Shown here piece after piece: positions 41,575 to 49,549 of a stretch of 64,000 bases of DNA (position 1 is the stretch's first letter; each line of letters starts with the position of its first letter). Below the pieces are notes generated by a model that was not told the DNA's origin, ran no database searches, and worked only from the letters and a program-made list of their open reading frames with translations. The translations under genes were made by a program, and so were the position numbers. Source of the DNA: an uncultured bacterium (lineage in GTDB: Bacteria > Eisenbacteria > RBG-16-71-46 > CAIMUX01 > WJJG01); contig CAZTDY010000001.1 in assembly GCA_964612295.1 (NCBI GenBank), positions 48,032 to 112,031 on the forward strand, in the 5' to 3' direction.

Positions 41575-42870
41575 ATGAGACGAGAGAGAACACAGCAAGC
41601 CAATCGCCTTCTGGGATGCTGCCTACTGGCCGCGGCTCTTCTGGCCGGCCTGGGCGGGTCCCCGGCCGACGCCCGGCTCCTTGTTCCGATGGACCTGACC
41701 CAGACCGACCATCTGAAGGCCTATGGCGTCGCCTATGACGCGTTGGAAGACGGCCAGACGGTCGAGTGGCTGCTCAACTACCGCAGCGGATCGTTCCTGA
41801 TGGAGGATACCCAGGGGAACCGAAGACGCGCGCTACTGCGCGGGGTGCGCGTGGAGCTGACCTCGGCCGTGGAGGAGGCGAGCATCTACGCCGAGATCGA
41901 GGGGGAGAACATGGAGGTCATCCTCCTCGAGAAGGCCCCCCGGGTTGCCGTCTATGCGCCCCCTCACGGCGATGAGCCGTGGGATGACGCGGTCATGCTG
42001 GCCCTGGAGTACGCGGATATCCCCTTCGACCAGATCTATGATCAGGATGTGCTCACCGGCGAGACGTTCCAATACGACTGGCTGCACCTGCATCACGAGG
42101 ACTTCACCGGGCAGTACGGCAAGTTCTACGCTGGATTCCGGCATGCCGATTGGTATCAGGGTCGGCAGCGGCGAATGGAGGAGGAAGCGCAGGCCGCGGG
42201 CTTCGCCAAGGTCTGGCATCACAAACATGCCGTGATCAAGCGGATCAAACAATATGTGGCCCAGGGCGGCTTCCTCTTCGCCATGTGCTCGGGCACCGAT
42301 AGCTTCGATATCGCCCTGGCGGCGGACGGGGTGGACATCGTGGACACGGTCTACGATGGGAATCCGGCCGATCCCGCGGCCCAGACGAGGCTCGACTTCA
42401 GCAACACACTGGCCTTCGAGAACTTCCAGCTCGAGATGAACCCCTACGTCTACGAGTTTTCCAATATCGACATGAGCGACTACTCGAAACTGAGGGGGGC
42501 TGCGGCCGACTTCTTCGTGCTCTTCGAATTCTCCGCCAAGGAGGATCCGGTGCCGACCATGTTGACGCAGTGTCACGTGGATCTGGTCAACGGGTTCCTC
42601 GGCCAGACCACCAGCTACAACCGGGAGACGCTCAAGCCCTCCACGCTGGTTCTGGGAGAGGTGCCGGGCACGCAGGAGGTCAAGTACATCCACTCGAACT
42701 TCGGGCGCGGCACCTGGACTTTCTTCGGCGGCCACGATCCCGAAGATTATGAGCACCGCGTCGGGGACCCGCCGACCAAACTCGAGTTGCACAAGAACTC
42801 GCCCGGATACCGCCTGATCCTGAACAACGTCCTGTTTCCCGCCGCGAAGAAGAAAGAACGCAAGACGTAG
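41575..42870 (+). CDS. Secreted class-I glutamine-amidotransferase-like (ThuA/DJ-1 fold) protein with a Cys nucleophile-elbow-like motif
   Basis: Signal peptide LLGCCLLAAALLAGLGGSPADA, then RVAVYAPPHGDEPWDDAVMLALEYADIPFDQIYDQDVL and QGGFLFAMCSGTDSF (a G-x-C-x-G-like elbow). Confidence 0.55.
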   Translation: MRRERTQQANRLLGCCLLAAALLAGLGGSPADARLLVPMDLTQTDHLKAYGVAYDALEDGQTVEWLLNYRSGSFLMEDTQGNRRRALLRGVRVELTSAVEEASIYAEIEGENMEVILLEKAPRVAVYAPPHGDEPWDDAVMLALEYADIPFDQIYDQDVLTGETFQYDWLHLHHEDFTGQYGKFYAGFRHADWYQGRQRRMEEEAQAAGFAKVWHHKHAVIKRIKQYVAQGGFLFAMCSGTDSFDIALAADGVDIVDTVYDGNPADPAAQTRLDFSNTLAFENFQLEMNPYVYEFSNIDMSDYSKLRGAAADFFVLFEFSAKEDPVPTMLTQCHVDLVNGFLGQTTSYNRETLKPSTLVLGEVPGTQEVKYIHSNFGRGTWTFFGGHDPEDYEHRVGDPPTKLELHKNSPGYRLILNNVLFPAAKKKERKT

Positions 42871-42938
42871 TCCGCGCGCCTTGTCGAGCCCCCCCCTCTC
42901 GACGCGTGAGCGGGCTTTACGCGCGCCTCCCATCGCGT

Positions 42939-42947
42939 GTTAGAATC
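42939..42947 (+). promoter_or_regulatory. Extended -10-like element TGTTAGAAT upstream of the M3 peptidase gene
   Basis: gcgtgttagaatcactgg, about 35 nt upstream of ATG 42982. Confidence 0.2.
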
Positions 42948-42981
42948 ACTGGCTGAACCGTTTCTCAGAAAGGGGATTTCC

Positions 42982-44805
42982 ATGACACAGGACGTTCAAG
43001 AAGCCATGGCTCTGCCGCACTGGGATCTGACCAACGTATACACAGGACTCGAGACCGAGGACTTCGAGCGGGATCTGTCCGCGCTCAAAGCCAAACTGGA
43101 CCGGATCGAGGCCTTCGCCGCACAGGCCGGGGTCGAGCGCTTGGCATCCCCGCCTTCGGATCTGACGGAAGCGACGAGTAAGCTCGAGGAGATGATCGCC
43201 CAGTTCAACGAGATGCTGAAGCTGCTCTCGACGATGAACGCCTACGTGCACAGCTTCGTCTCCACCGACTCCTACAACGCTGCGGCCAGCAAACGCCTGA
43301 GCGAGCTGGAGCAGCTCGACGTTCGGGCCGGCAAGGTCCACACCCGGTTCCAGGGCTGGGTCGGCTCTCTCGGCAAGAAGCTCGACCAGATCCGCGCCTC
43401 ATCCGCGGTGGCCGAGGAACATGGCGAGGTGCTGAAGGACATCGTCGTTCGCAGCCGTTTCCTGATGGATACGAAGCTCGAGGATCTGGCGGCCGAACTG
43501 GAGCTCTCGGGCGGGGGCGTGATGTGGAAGCTTCAGGGCAACGTCACCAGCCAGCTCAAGGTTCCCTTCGAACGAGACGGCAAGACCGAGCAGCTTCCGA
43601 TGACCATGATCCGCAACCTCGCGGCCGATCCGGATGAGGACATCCGCCGTCGCGCGTATGAGACCGAGCTCAAGGCCTGGGAATCGATCCGCGAATCGGT
43701 GGCTTTCTCGCTGAACTGTGTCAAAGGGTCAGCCGGCACCCTCGCCCGGTGGCGGGGCTACGACGATGTCCTGCACGGCGCTCTTCTGCGCAATCACATC
43801 GACCGGCCCACGCTCGATGCCCTCTTGGGTTCGATCCGCGTATCCTTCCCCATGTTCCGCCGGTATCTGTCCAGCAAGGCACAGAAGCTGGGCAAGGAGA
43901 AGCTCCCCTGGTGGGATCTCTTCGCACCGGTGGGCAAGGTGAATCCCACCTATGACTGGGCCGAGGCCCGGAGCTTCATCGAGGAGCAGTTCGGCGGCTT
44001 TCATCCCGATCTGGCGAGCTTCGCCAAGCAGGCCTTCGATAACAACTGGATCGACGCCGAGCCGCGGGACGGAAAGCGCGGCGGCGCATTCTGTATGCGG
44101 GTGCCCGGGGTGGAGGAGTCGCGAATTCTGGCCAATTTCGACGGCAGCTTCGACCAGATGGTCACCCTGGCGCATGAACTCGGTCACGGATTCCACAACT
44201 CCTGCCAGACGGGCCTGCCGATGATGAGGCGGGGATCTCCAATGGTGCTGGCGGAGACGGCCTCGATCTTCTGCGAGACGATCTGTTTCAATGCCGCACT
44301 GGAGAAGGCTTCCGCGGAAGAGCAGCTGTCGATCCTCGAGAATCAGCTGCTGGGCGCGACCCAGGTGACGGTGGATATCTCATCGCGGTTCATCTTCGAA
44401 TCGGAGGTGCTCCGCCGCCGGGCCGATGCCGAACTCAGCGCGGACGACTTCTGCGAGATCATGGTGGCGGCTCAGAAGGAGACCTACGGCGAGGTCTTGG
44501 ACTTCGAGCATCTGCACCCCTACATGTGGCTCTTGAAGCCCCACTACTACTATGGGGACCTCAACTTCTACAACTTCCCCTACGCATTCGGCCTTCTGTT
44601 CGGGATGGGCGTTTACGCGATCTACCGGAAGGAGGGGGAGGCCTTCATTCCTCGGTACAAGGAGCTGCTGCGAAGCACCGGCGCCGGGGAGGCGGCCGAT
44701 CTGGCGGCGCGGTTCGGGATCGACATCCGCTCCACCGACTTCTGGAAGGGGAGCCTCGACCTCGTGGCGGCCCAGGTGGACCGCTACTGCGAGCTGAAGG
44801 GGTAG
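42982..44805 (+). CDS. M3-family oligoendopeptidase (PepF-like)
   Basis: Zinc motif HELGHGFHN with downstream E. Length and helical N-terminal domain are typical of M3B. The start is ATG 42982 after aaagggga. Confidence 0.85.
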   Translation: MTQDVQEAMALPHWDLTNVYTGLETEDFERDLSALKAKLDRIEAFAAQAGVERLASPPSDLTEATSKLEEMIAQFNEMLKLLSTMNAYVHSFVSTDSYNAAASKRLSELEQLDVRAGKVHTRFQGWVGSLGKKLDQIRASSAVAEEHGEVLKDIVVRSRFLMDTKLEDLAAELELSGGGVMWKLQGNVTSQLKVPFERDGKTEQLPMTMIRNLAADPDEDIRRRAYETELKAWESIRESVAFSLNCVKGSAGTLARWRGYDDVLHGALLRNHIDRPTLDALLGSIRVSFPMFRRYLSSKAQKLGKEKLPWWDLFAPVGKVNPTYDWAEARSFIEEQFGGFHPDLASFAKQAFDNNWIDAEPRDGKRGGAFCMRVPGVEESRILANFDGSFDQMVTLAHELGHGFHNSCQTGLPMMRRGSPMVLAETASIFCETICFNAALEKASAEEQLSILENQLLGATQVTVDISSRFIFESEVLRRRADAELSADDFCEIMVAAQKETYGEVLDFEHLHPYMWLLKPHYYYGDLNFYNFPYAFGLLFGMGVYAIYRKEGEAFIPRYKELLRSTGAGEAADLAARFGIDIRSTDFWKGSLDLVAAQVDRYCELKG

Positions 44806-45066
44806 GGAGCGGGGGAAGATACCTCTCTAGCGGATCCCTCACAGAATCAAGGCATATACCTTGTCTCTGCGAGGGGCGCCGCCGCGCACACTTTCCCCGC
44901 AGAAATCGTCTGTAATCTCCCGGGCAGCTCCGTCACATACCTGTGAGCACCCAGACGGGGGGTCTGGCGCGGGCTTCAGAGCTGCTCGTGTGAGCCTCTC
45001 GATAAGGGGAATCACCCACGGAGATCAAGCGCCGGGAGCCGAAGGGTCCCCGGCGCTTGGGATTTC

Positions 45067-46152
45067 TCAGCCGTTGGCCTTCGCGAACGCCTTCATGTAG
45101 TCGACGATCGCTTCGACGGACTCCATCGGACAGGAGTTGTAGGTCGAGATCCGAATACCGCCCACCGACCGATGGCCCTTGATGCCCAACATGTTCTTCT
45201 CTTTGCCATCGGCGACGAACTTCGCCTCCAGCTCCTCGGAGGGCAGCCGGAAGACGATGTTCATCATCGAGCGGCTCTCCTTGTCGACCGGGGCGGTGAA
45301 GAAGTCCGGGTTGGCGTCGAGCGTGTCGTACACCAGGCCGGCCTTCTTGCGGTTGTTCGCTTCGATCGCGCCCAATCCCCCGATCTCCTTCATGTTGGCC
45401 AGAACGTTGCGCAACATGTAGATGTTGAAGGTGGGGCAGGTGTTGAACATCGAGTTCTTGTCGGCGTGCGTTGCGTATTTCAGCAGGGTCGGGTTCTCAG
45501 CCTTGCACTGCTGCAGGATGTCATCGCGCATGATGACGACCGTAACGCCAGCCGGGCCCACGTTTTTCTGGGCGCCCGCGTAGATGATCCCGTAGGGCGC
45601 CGGATCGAACTTGCGCCACAGGAAGTCCGAGGACATGTCGCAGACCAGAGGCACGTCACCGGTCTCGGGCGTCCAGTGCCACTGTGTTCCCTTGATCGTG
45701 TTGTTGCTGGTGAAGTGCAGGTAGCGGGCGCCGGGGGTGAGCTTCAGGTCCTCCTGACGGGGGATCTTCGTCAGACCCACTGTTTCACCATCAAAGGCGA
45801 CGTTGACATTCCCGAAGAACTTGGCTTCGGTGATCGCCTTCTTCGCCCAGGTGCCGGTGTGGATGTAGTCGGCCGTCTGATCCTTGGCCAGCAGGTTCAT
45901 CGGAATCATGCAGAACTGCATGCTGGCGCCGCCGGTCAGGAAGAGCACATGATAGTTCTCGCCCAGGCCGAGGAACCCCCGCAGCAAGCTGATCGCTTCG
46001 TTGTGCACCGCATCGTACTCTTTCGAGCGGTGGCTGGTCTCCATCACCGAGGTGCCGGTGCCCTGCCAGTCGAGCAGCTCGGTCTGCGCCCTCTCCAGAG
46101 CGGGAAGCGGGAGAACAGCCGGACCTGCGTAGAAATTATGTGCGCGAGCCAT
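45067..46152 (-). CDS. serC: Phosphoserine aminotransferase
   Basis: NFYAGPAVLP...FLTGGASMQF...AGAQKNVGPAGVTVVIMR...IGGIRISTYN. Confidence 0.95.
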   Translation of the reverse strand: MARAHNFYAGPAVLPLPALERAQTELLDWQGTGTSVMETSHRSKEYDAVHNEAISLLRGFLGLGENYHVLFLTGGASMQFCMIPMNLLAKDQTADYIHTGTWAKKAITEAKFFGNVNVAFDGETVGLTKIPRQEDLKLTPGARYLHFTSNNTIKGTQWHWTPETGDVPLVCDMSSDFLWRKFDPAPYGIIYAGAQKNVGPAGVTVVIMRDDILQQCKAENPTLLKYATHADKNSMFNTCPTFNIYMLRNVLANMKEIGGLGAIEANNRKKAGLVYDTLDANPDFFTAPVDKESRSMMNIVFRLPSEELEAKFVADGKEKNMLGIKGHRSVGGIRISTYNSCPMESVEAIVDYMKAFAKANG

Positions 46153-46168
46153 GACGTCGATCCTCCAA

Positions 46169-47041
46169 TTAGCCGTAGTGCTCTTCGAGCAGCTCGAGAA
46201 TGATATCGCCGATGCGAAGGAGGTTTTCCTTCGACGAGGCTCCGATATGGGGTGTCATGAACACGTTGGGAGCCTTGAGCAGCGGACTGGTATCTGGCGG
46301 CGGATCCGACTCCCAGACGTCGGTTCCATAGGCCCGGACCTTTCCGCTCTCCAGCGCGGCCACCAGGTCGGCATCGTTGATGACCTTGCCGCGGCCGGTG
46401 TTCACGATGATGACGCCGTCCTTCATCTTGGCGAAGAGGTCGGCGTTGAACATACCCTTGGTCTCGTCGGTCAGCGGCGTGTGGATCGAGATGAAATCGG
46501 ACTGGGCACACATCTCGTCGAGCGAGACGAGCCTCGCGTGGTCGGATGATTCGACGTACTTATCGTGGGCGACCACGTTCATGCCGAAGGCCTTGGCGCG
46601 GGTCGCAACCTCGGTGGCGATCCGGCCGATGCCGAGGAGACCCAACGTCTTCTTGAACAGCTCGGTGCGCTTCAGCTCCTTCTTGGCCCACTTGCCTTCG
46701 GACATCGTCACGTGTCCTTCGACCAAGCGGTTGGGAATACCGACCAGGTGGGCGAAGGCGATCTCGGCCACGGCCACACTGGAGGCGGCGGCCGTGTTGA
46801 AGACCTTCACGTTCTTCTTCTTCGCGTACTCCTGATCCACGTTGTCCAGACCGACGCCTCCCCGGATGATCATCTGCAGAGCCGGTGCGCCGTCGATATA
46901 CTCCTGGGTGCACTTCGTCTTGCTGCGGATCAGAACGACGTTGGCTGTGTCGACTTGAGATTTGTCGTCAGTGACCTCGCCGAACTTCGCCAAACGTCCT
47001 GGAAGGGACGGGTCAAACGCATCGGAAATGAGGATCTTCAT
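46169..47041 (-). CDS. serA: D-isomer-specific 2-hydroxyacid dehydrogenase, most likely short-form D-3-phosphoglycerate dehydrogenase (no ACT domain)
   Basis: GLLGIGRIATEVATRAKAFGMNVVAHD...IVNTGRGKVI...YGTDVWESDPP...FMTPHIGASS. Sits directly upstream of serC. Confidence 0.8.
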   Translation of the reverse strand: MKILISDAFDPSLPGRLAKFGEVTDDKSQVDTANVVLIRSKTKCTQEYIDGAPALQMIIRGGVGLDNVDQEYAKKKNVKVFNTAAASSVAVAEIAFAHLVGIPNRLVEGHVTMSEGKWAKKELKRTELFKKTLGLLGIGRIATEVATRAKAFGMNVVAHDKYVESSDHARLVSLDEMCAQSDFISIHTPLTDETKGMFNADLFAKMKDGVIIVNTGRGKVINDADLVAALESGKVRAYGTDVWESDPPPDTSPLLKAPNVFMTPHIGASSKENLLRIGDIILELLEEHYG

Positions 47042-47114
47042 AGCGCCTCCTAGAGCCTGGGTCCGTCAAGTGATCGATCGCACGCTACGCCCTTCGCCTG
47101 GGCAATCCCCTACG

Positions 47115-48359
47115 CTACCCAGAGAGAGGCCTGACAATCAACCCGGAACGTAGCTTCGGCTCGAACCAGGTCGATTTTGGGGGCATGACCTCGCCTGCGT
47201 CGGCGACCGACATGAGCTGGTCGATGCTGGTGGGGTAGAGGGCAAACGCGACCGCCCACCCTTCGCCACAGCGCTTCTCGAGCTCGGCTGTGCCGCGGAT
47301 TCCGCCTACGAAATCAACCCGCTTGTCGGTCCGGGGATCCTGGATGCCGAGGACCGGGCTGAGCAGATTGCTCTGCAGGATCGCGCAGTCGAGCGACTTG
47401 ACCGGATCATCCGCAGGGAAACTGCCCTCGCGGGCGACGAGCCTGTGCCAGGTGCCGCCGAAGAACATGCCGAATTGCTGCGCGGCGGGCGGTTCGGGGG
47501 AATCGGCCGGCTGGATGTCGAATCGTTCGCCCACCTTCTCGAGGAACTGCTCCGGGCTCAGGCCCTGCAGATCCTTGACCACGCGGTTGTACGCCATGAT
47601 CTTCATCTCTTCGTGGGGGAAGATCACCGTGAGGAAGTAGTTGTACTCCTCCTCGCCCGTGTGCGCCGGATTGGACTCTTTTCGCATGGCCCGCACCCGG
47701 GTGGCCGAGGCGCTGCGGTGGTGTCCGTCAGCGACGTAGAGGTAGGGCACGCGCCCGAATCCCTCGCTCAACTGGCTGATATCGGCCGCCTCCGAGATCA
47801 CCCAGAGGGTGTGCCCGATGCCGTCCTCACTCACGAAATCGTAGTCGGGCGCCTTGTGGCACAGACGCTCGATGAGGGTGTTGATCTTGGGCTCGGCGGC
47901 ATAGGTCAGAAACACGGGTCCGGCATTGGCATCCAATGCGTTGACGTGGCGGGTCCGGTCATCTTCTTTGTCGGGGCGCGTGAATTCGTGCTTCTTGATC
48001 GTCCCCGCCTCATACTCGTCGACGCTGGCGCCCGCGACGAGCCCGGTCTGCACGTGATCGCCCATCTTCTGCCGGTATAAGTAGTAACAGGGTTTATCGT
48101 CTCTGATCAGGGCGCCCTCATTGGTGAGTTTGCGTAAGGCACGGCCGCCGGTCTCGTAAACGCTCGGATCGTAGGGGTCGATCCCCGGGTCCAGGTCGAT
48201 CTCCGGTTTGATGACATGCAGGAACGAGTATTCGTTGCCCTTCGCCATCTCACGAGCTTCTGCGCTGTTCATGACGTCATAGGGTGGGGAGGCGATTTGG
48301 GCGGCCAGCTCGGGACGAGGGCGCCATCCGCGGAAGGGTCGAATCTGGGACATCGGCAA
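47115..48359 (-). CDS. DUF1015 domain protein
   Basis: YLYVADGHHRSASA motif and overall length. Genomic linkage to serA-serC, which I recall as typical for this family. Confidence 0.85.
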   Translation of the reverse strand: MPMSQIRPFRGWRPRPELAAQIASPPYDVMNSAEAREMAKGNEYSFLHVIKPEIDLDPGIDPYDPSVYETGGRALRKLTNEGALIRDDKPCYYLYRQKMGDHVQTGLVAGASVDEYEAGTIKKHEFTRPDKEDDRTRHVNALDANAGPVFLTYAAEPKINTLIERLCHKAPDYDFVSEDGIGHTLWVISEAADISQLSEGFGRVPYLYVADGHHRSASATRVRAMRKESNPAHTGEEEYNYFLTVIFPHEEMKIMAYNRVVKDLQGLSPEQFLEKVGERFDIQPADSPEPPAAQQFGMFFGGTWHRLVAREGSFPADDPVKSLDCAILQSNLLSPVLGIQDPRTDKRVDFVGGIRGTAELEKRCGEGWAVAFALYPTSIDQLMSVADAGEVMPPKSTWFEPKLRSGLIVRPLSG

Positions 48360-48473
48360 TCCTCCTACGCATTTCCACTCCTGTTTCTACGCAAGCGGCC
48401 GATATTAGCAGATGAAGCCGAACGGTGTCACGGTCTTCCGGCAAATGTCGCAGACCTTGACAGCCGACCACCC

Positions 48474-48490
48474 TGGCACTCAGAATGCTT
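48474..48490 (+). promoter_or_regulatory. Sigma-54 promoter candidate TGGCACtcagaATGCT upstream of the zinc-ribbon gene
   Basis: Perfect -24 TGGCAC. GC of the -12 element is at the canonical spacing, with one mismatch in -12 (ATGCT versus TTGCW). A TTGACA hexamer lies at 48455..48460. About 110 nt upstream of 48601. Confidence 0.3.
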
Positions 48491-48600
48491 TGATTCGGGA
48501 TCAGGGGGTCCCGTCGCACACGAGGGGGTGTGCAGGGTGGAGGGGCAGAAGCCTCACTTGGCAGACGCATCTGAGGTTCGTCTCAGGAGGGGAGGGGAGG

Positions 48601-48798
48601 ATGGAAAGGGAGTTTGCGCTGCCGACTTGCCAGAAGTGCAGCACCGGGTTGCTGATCCCGCTTTCAGACTACGGCCGCGAAGGTGCACCCATCAAATTCA
48701 AGGCCTGGGTGTGCAGCAACCCTGAATGCGGTTTCAACATCCGTATCGACAACGGCGAGATCAGCTACGGTCGCACCATCAGCTTCTCCAGCAAATAG
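48601..48798 (+). CDS. Small zinc-ribbon protein (65 aa, two CxxC pairs)
   Basis: MEREFALPTCQKCSTGLLIP...WVCSNPECGF, preceded by GGAGGGGAGGGGAGG. Confidence 0.5.
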   Translation: MEREFALPTCQKCSTGLLIPLSDYGREGAPIKFKAWVCSNPECGFNIRIDNGEISYGRTISFSSK

Positions 48799-48856
48799 TG
48801 CCCGACGCGTATCCGCCCCCGCCTTGCGCAATAGCACTTCAAGGCATGGACAGACC

Positions 48857-49549
48857 ATGATCCGCGCAGTCATTTTCGACCTGGATAACACGCTGACCGA
48901 TTTCATGAAGATGAAAGAGCGGGCGATCCAGGCTGCAGCCTTCGCGATGTACGACATGGGTCTTCCCCTCACGGCTGAAGAGACCTACCAGCGCATCTAC
49001 GAAATCTACGACCGCGAAGGGATCGAGTACCAGTCGGTGTTCGATCACCTGTTGCGCGACTTGTACGGCCATGTGCCTCCCTCGATCCTGGCGGCAGGAA
49101 TCATCGCCTATCGCAAGGCGCGTGACTCGACCCTCGTGCTCTATCCCCACGTGAAGTTGACGCTGATGGAGTTGATGCGCCGGGGCCTGCGTCTGGCCGT
49201 GCTCTCCGATGCGCCCAGCCTGCAGGCTTGGCAGCGGATTCATCATCTGGCGCTTCAGCATACGTTCGAGCATGTGATCACCTTCGATGACACCGGCCAG
49301 CGAAAGCCCGCTCCCGAACCGTTTCGGAAGGTGATGGGTCTGCTGGAACTGTCCCCCGAGGAAGTGATCATGGTGGGGGATTGGCCCGATCGGGACATGC
49401 GCGGGGCCAGCGCCCTCGGCATCCGGACCGTCTACGCGCGCTATGGCGACACCAAAGACACCGAGCGGTCGGGCGCCGATTTCGAGATCGATGATGTCAT
49501 CGAACTCCTGGACATTCTCGAAGAGCTGAATGAGGGAGGCCGCGAATGA
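48857..49549 (+). CDS. HAD-superfamily hydrolase (subfamily IA-like)
   Basis: Motif I IRAVIFDLDNTLTD, motif II SD-region VLSDAPS, and motifs III/IV GQRKP / VGDWPDRD. Confidence 0.8.
   Translation: MIRAVIFDLDNTLTDFMKMKERAIQAAAFAMYDMGLPLTAEETYQRIYEIYDREGIEYQSVFDHLLRDLYGHVPPSILAAGIIAYRKARDSTLVLYPHVKLTLMELMRRGLRLAVLSDAPSLQAWQRIHHLALQHTFEHVITFDDTGQRKPAPEPFRKVMGLLELSPEEVIMVGDWPDRDMRGASALGIRTVYARYGDTKDTERSGADFEIDDVIELLDILEELNEGGRE

Noticed and set aside
42871-42935. Short hairpin gtcgag-ccccccct-ctcgac after the GATase1-like gene as a terminator
   Set aside because: Only a 6-bp stem with no U-tract. It may still contribute, but it is too weak to call.
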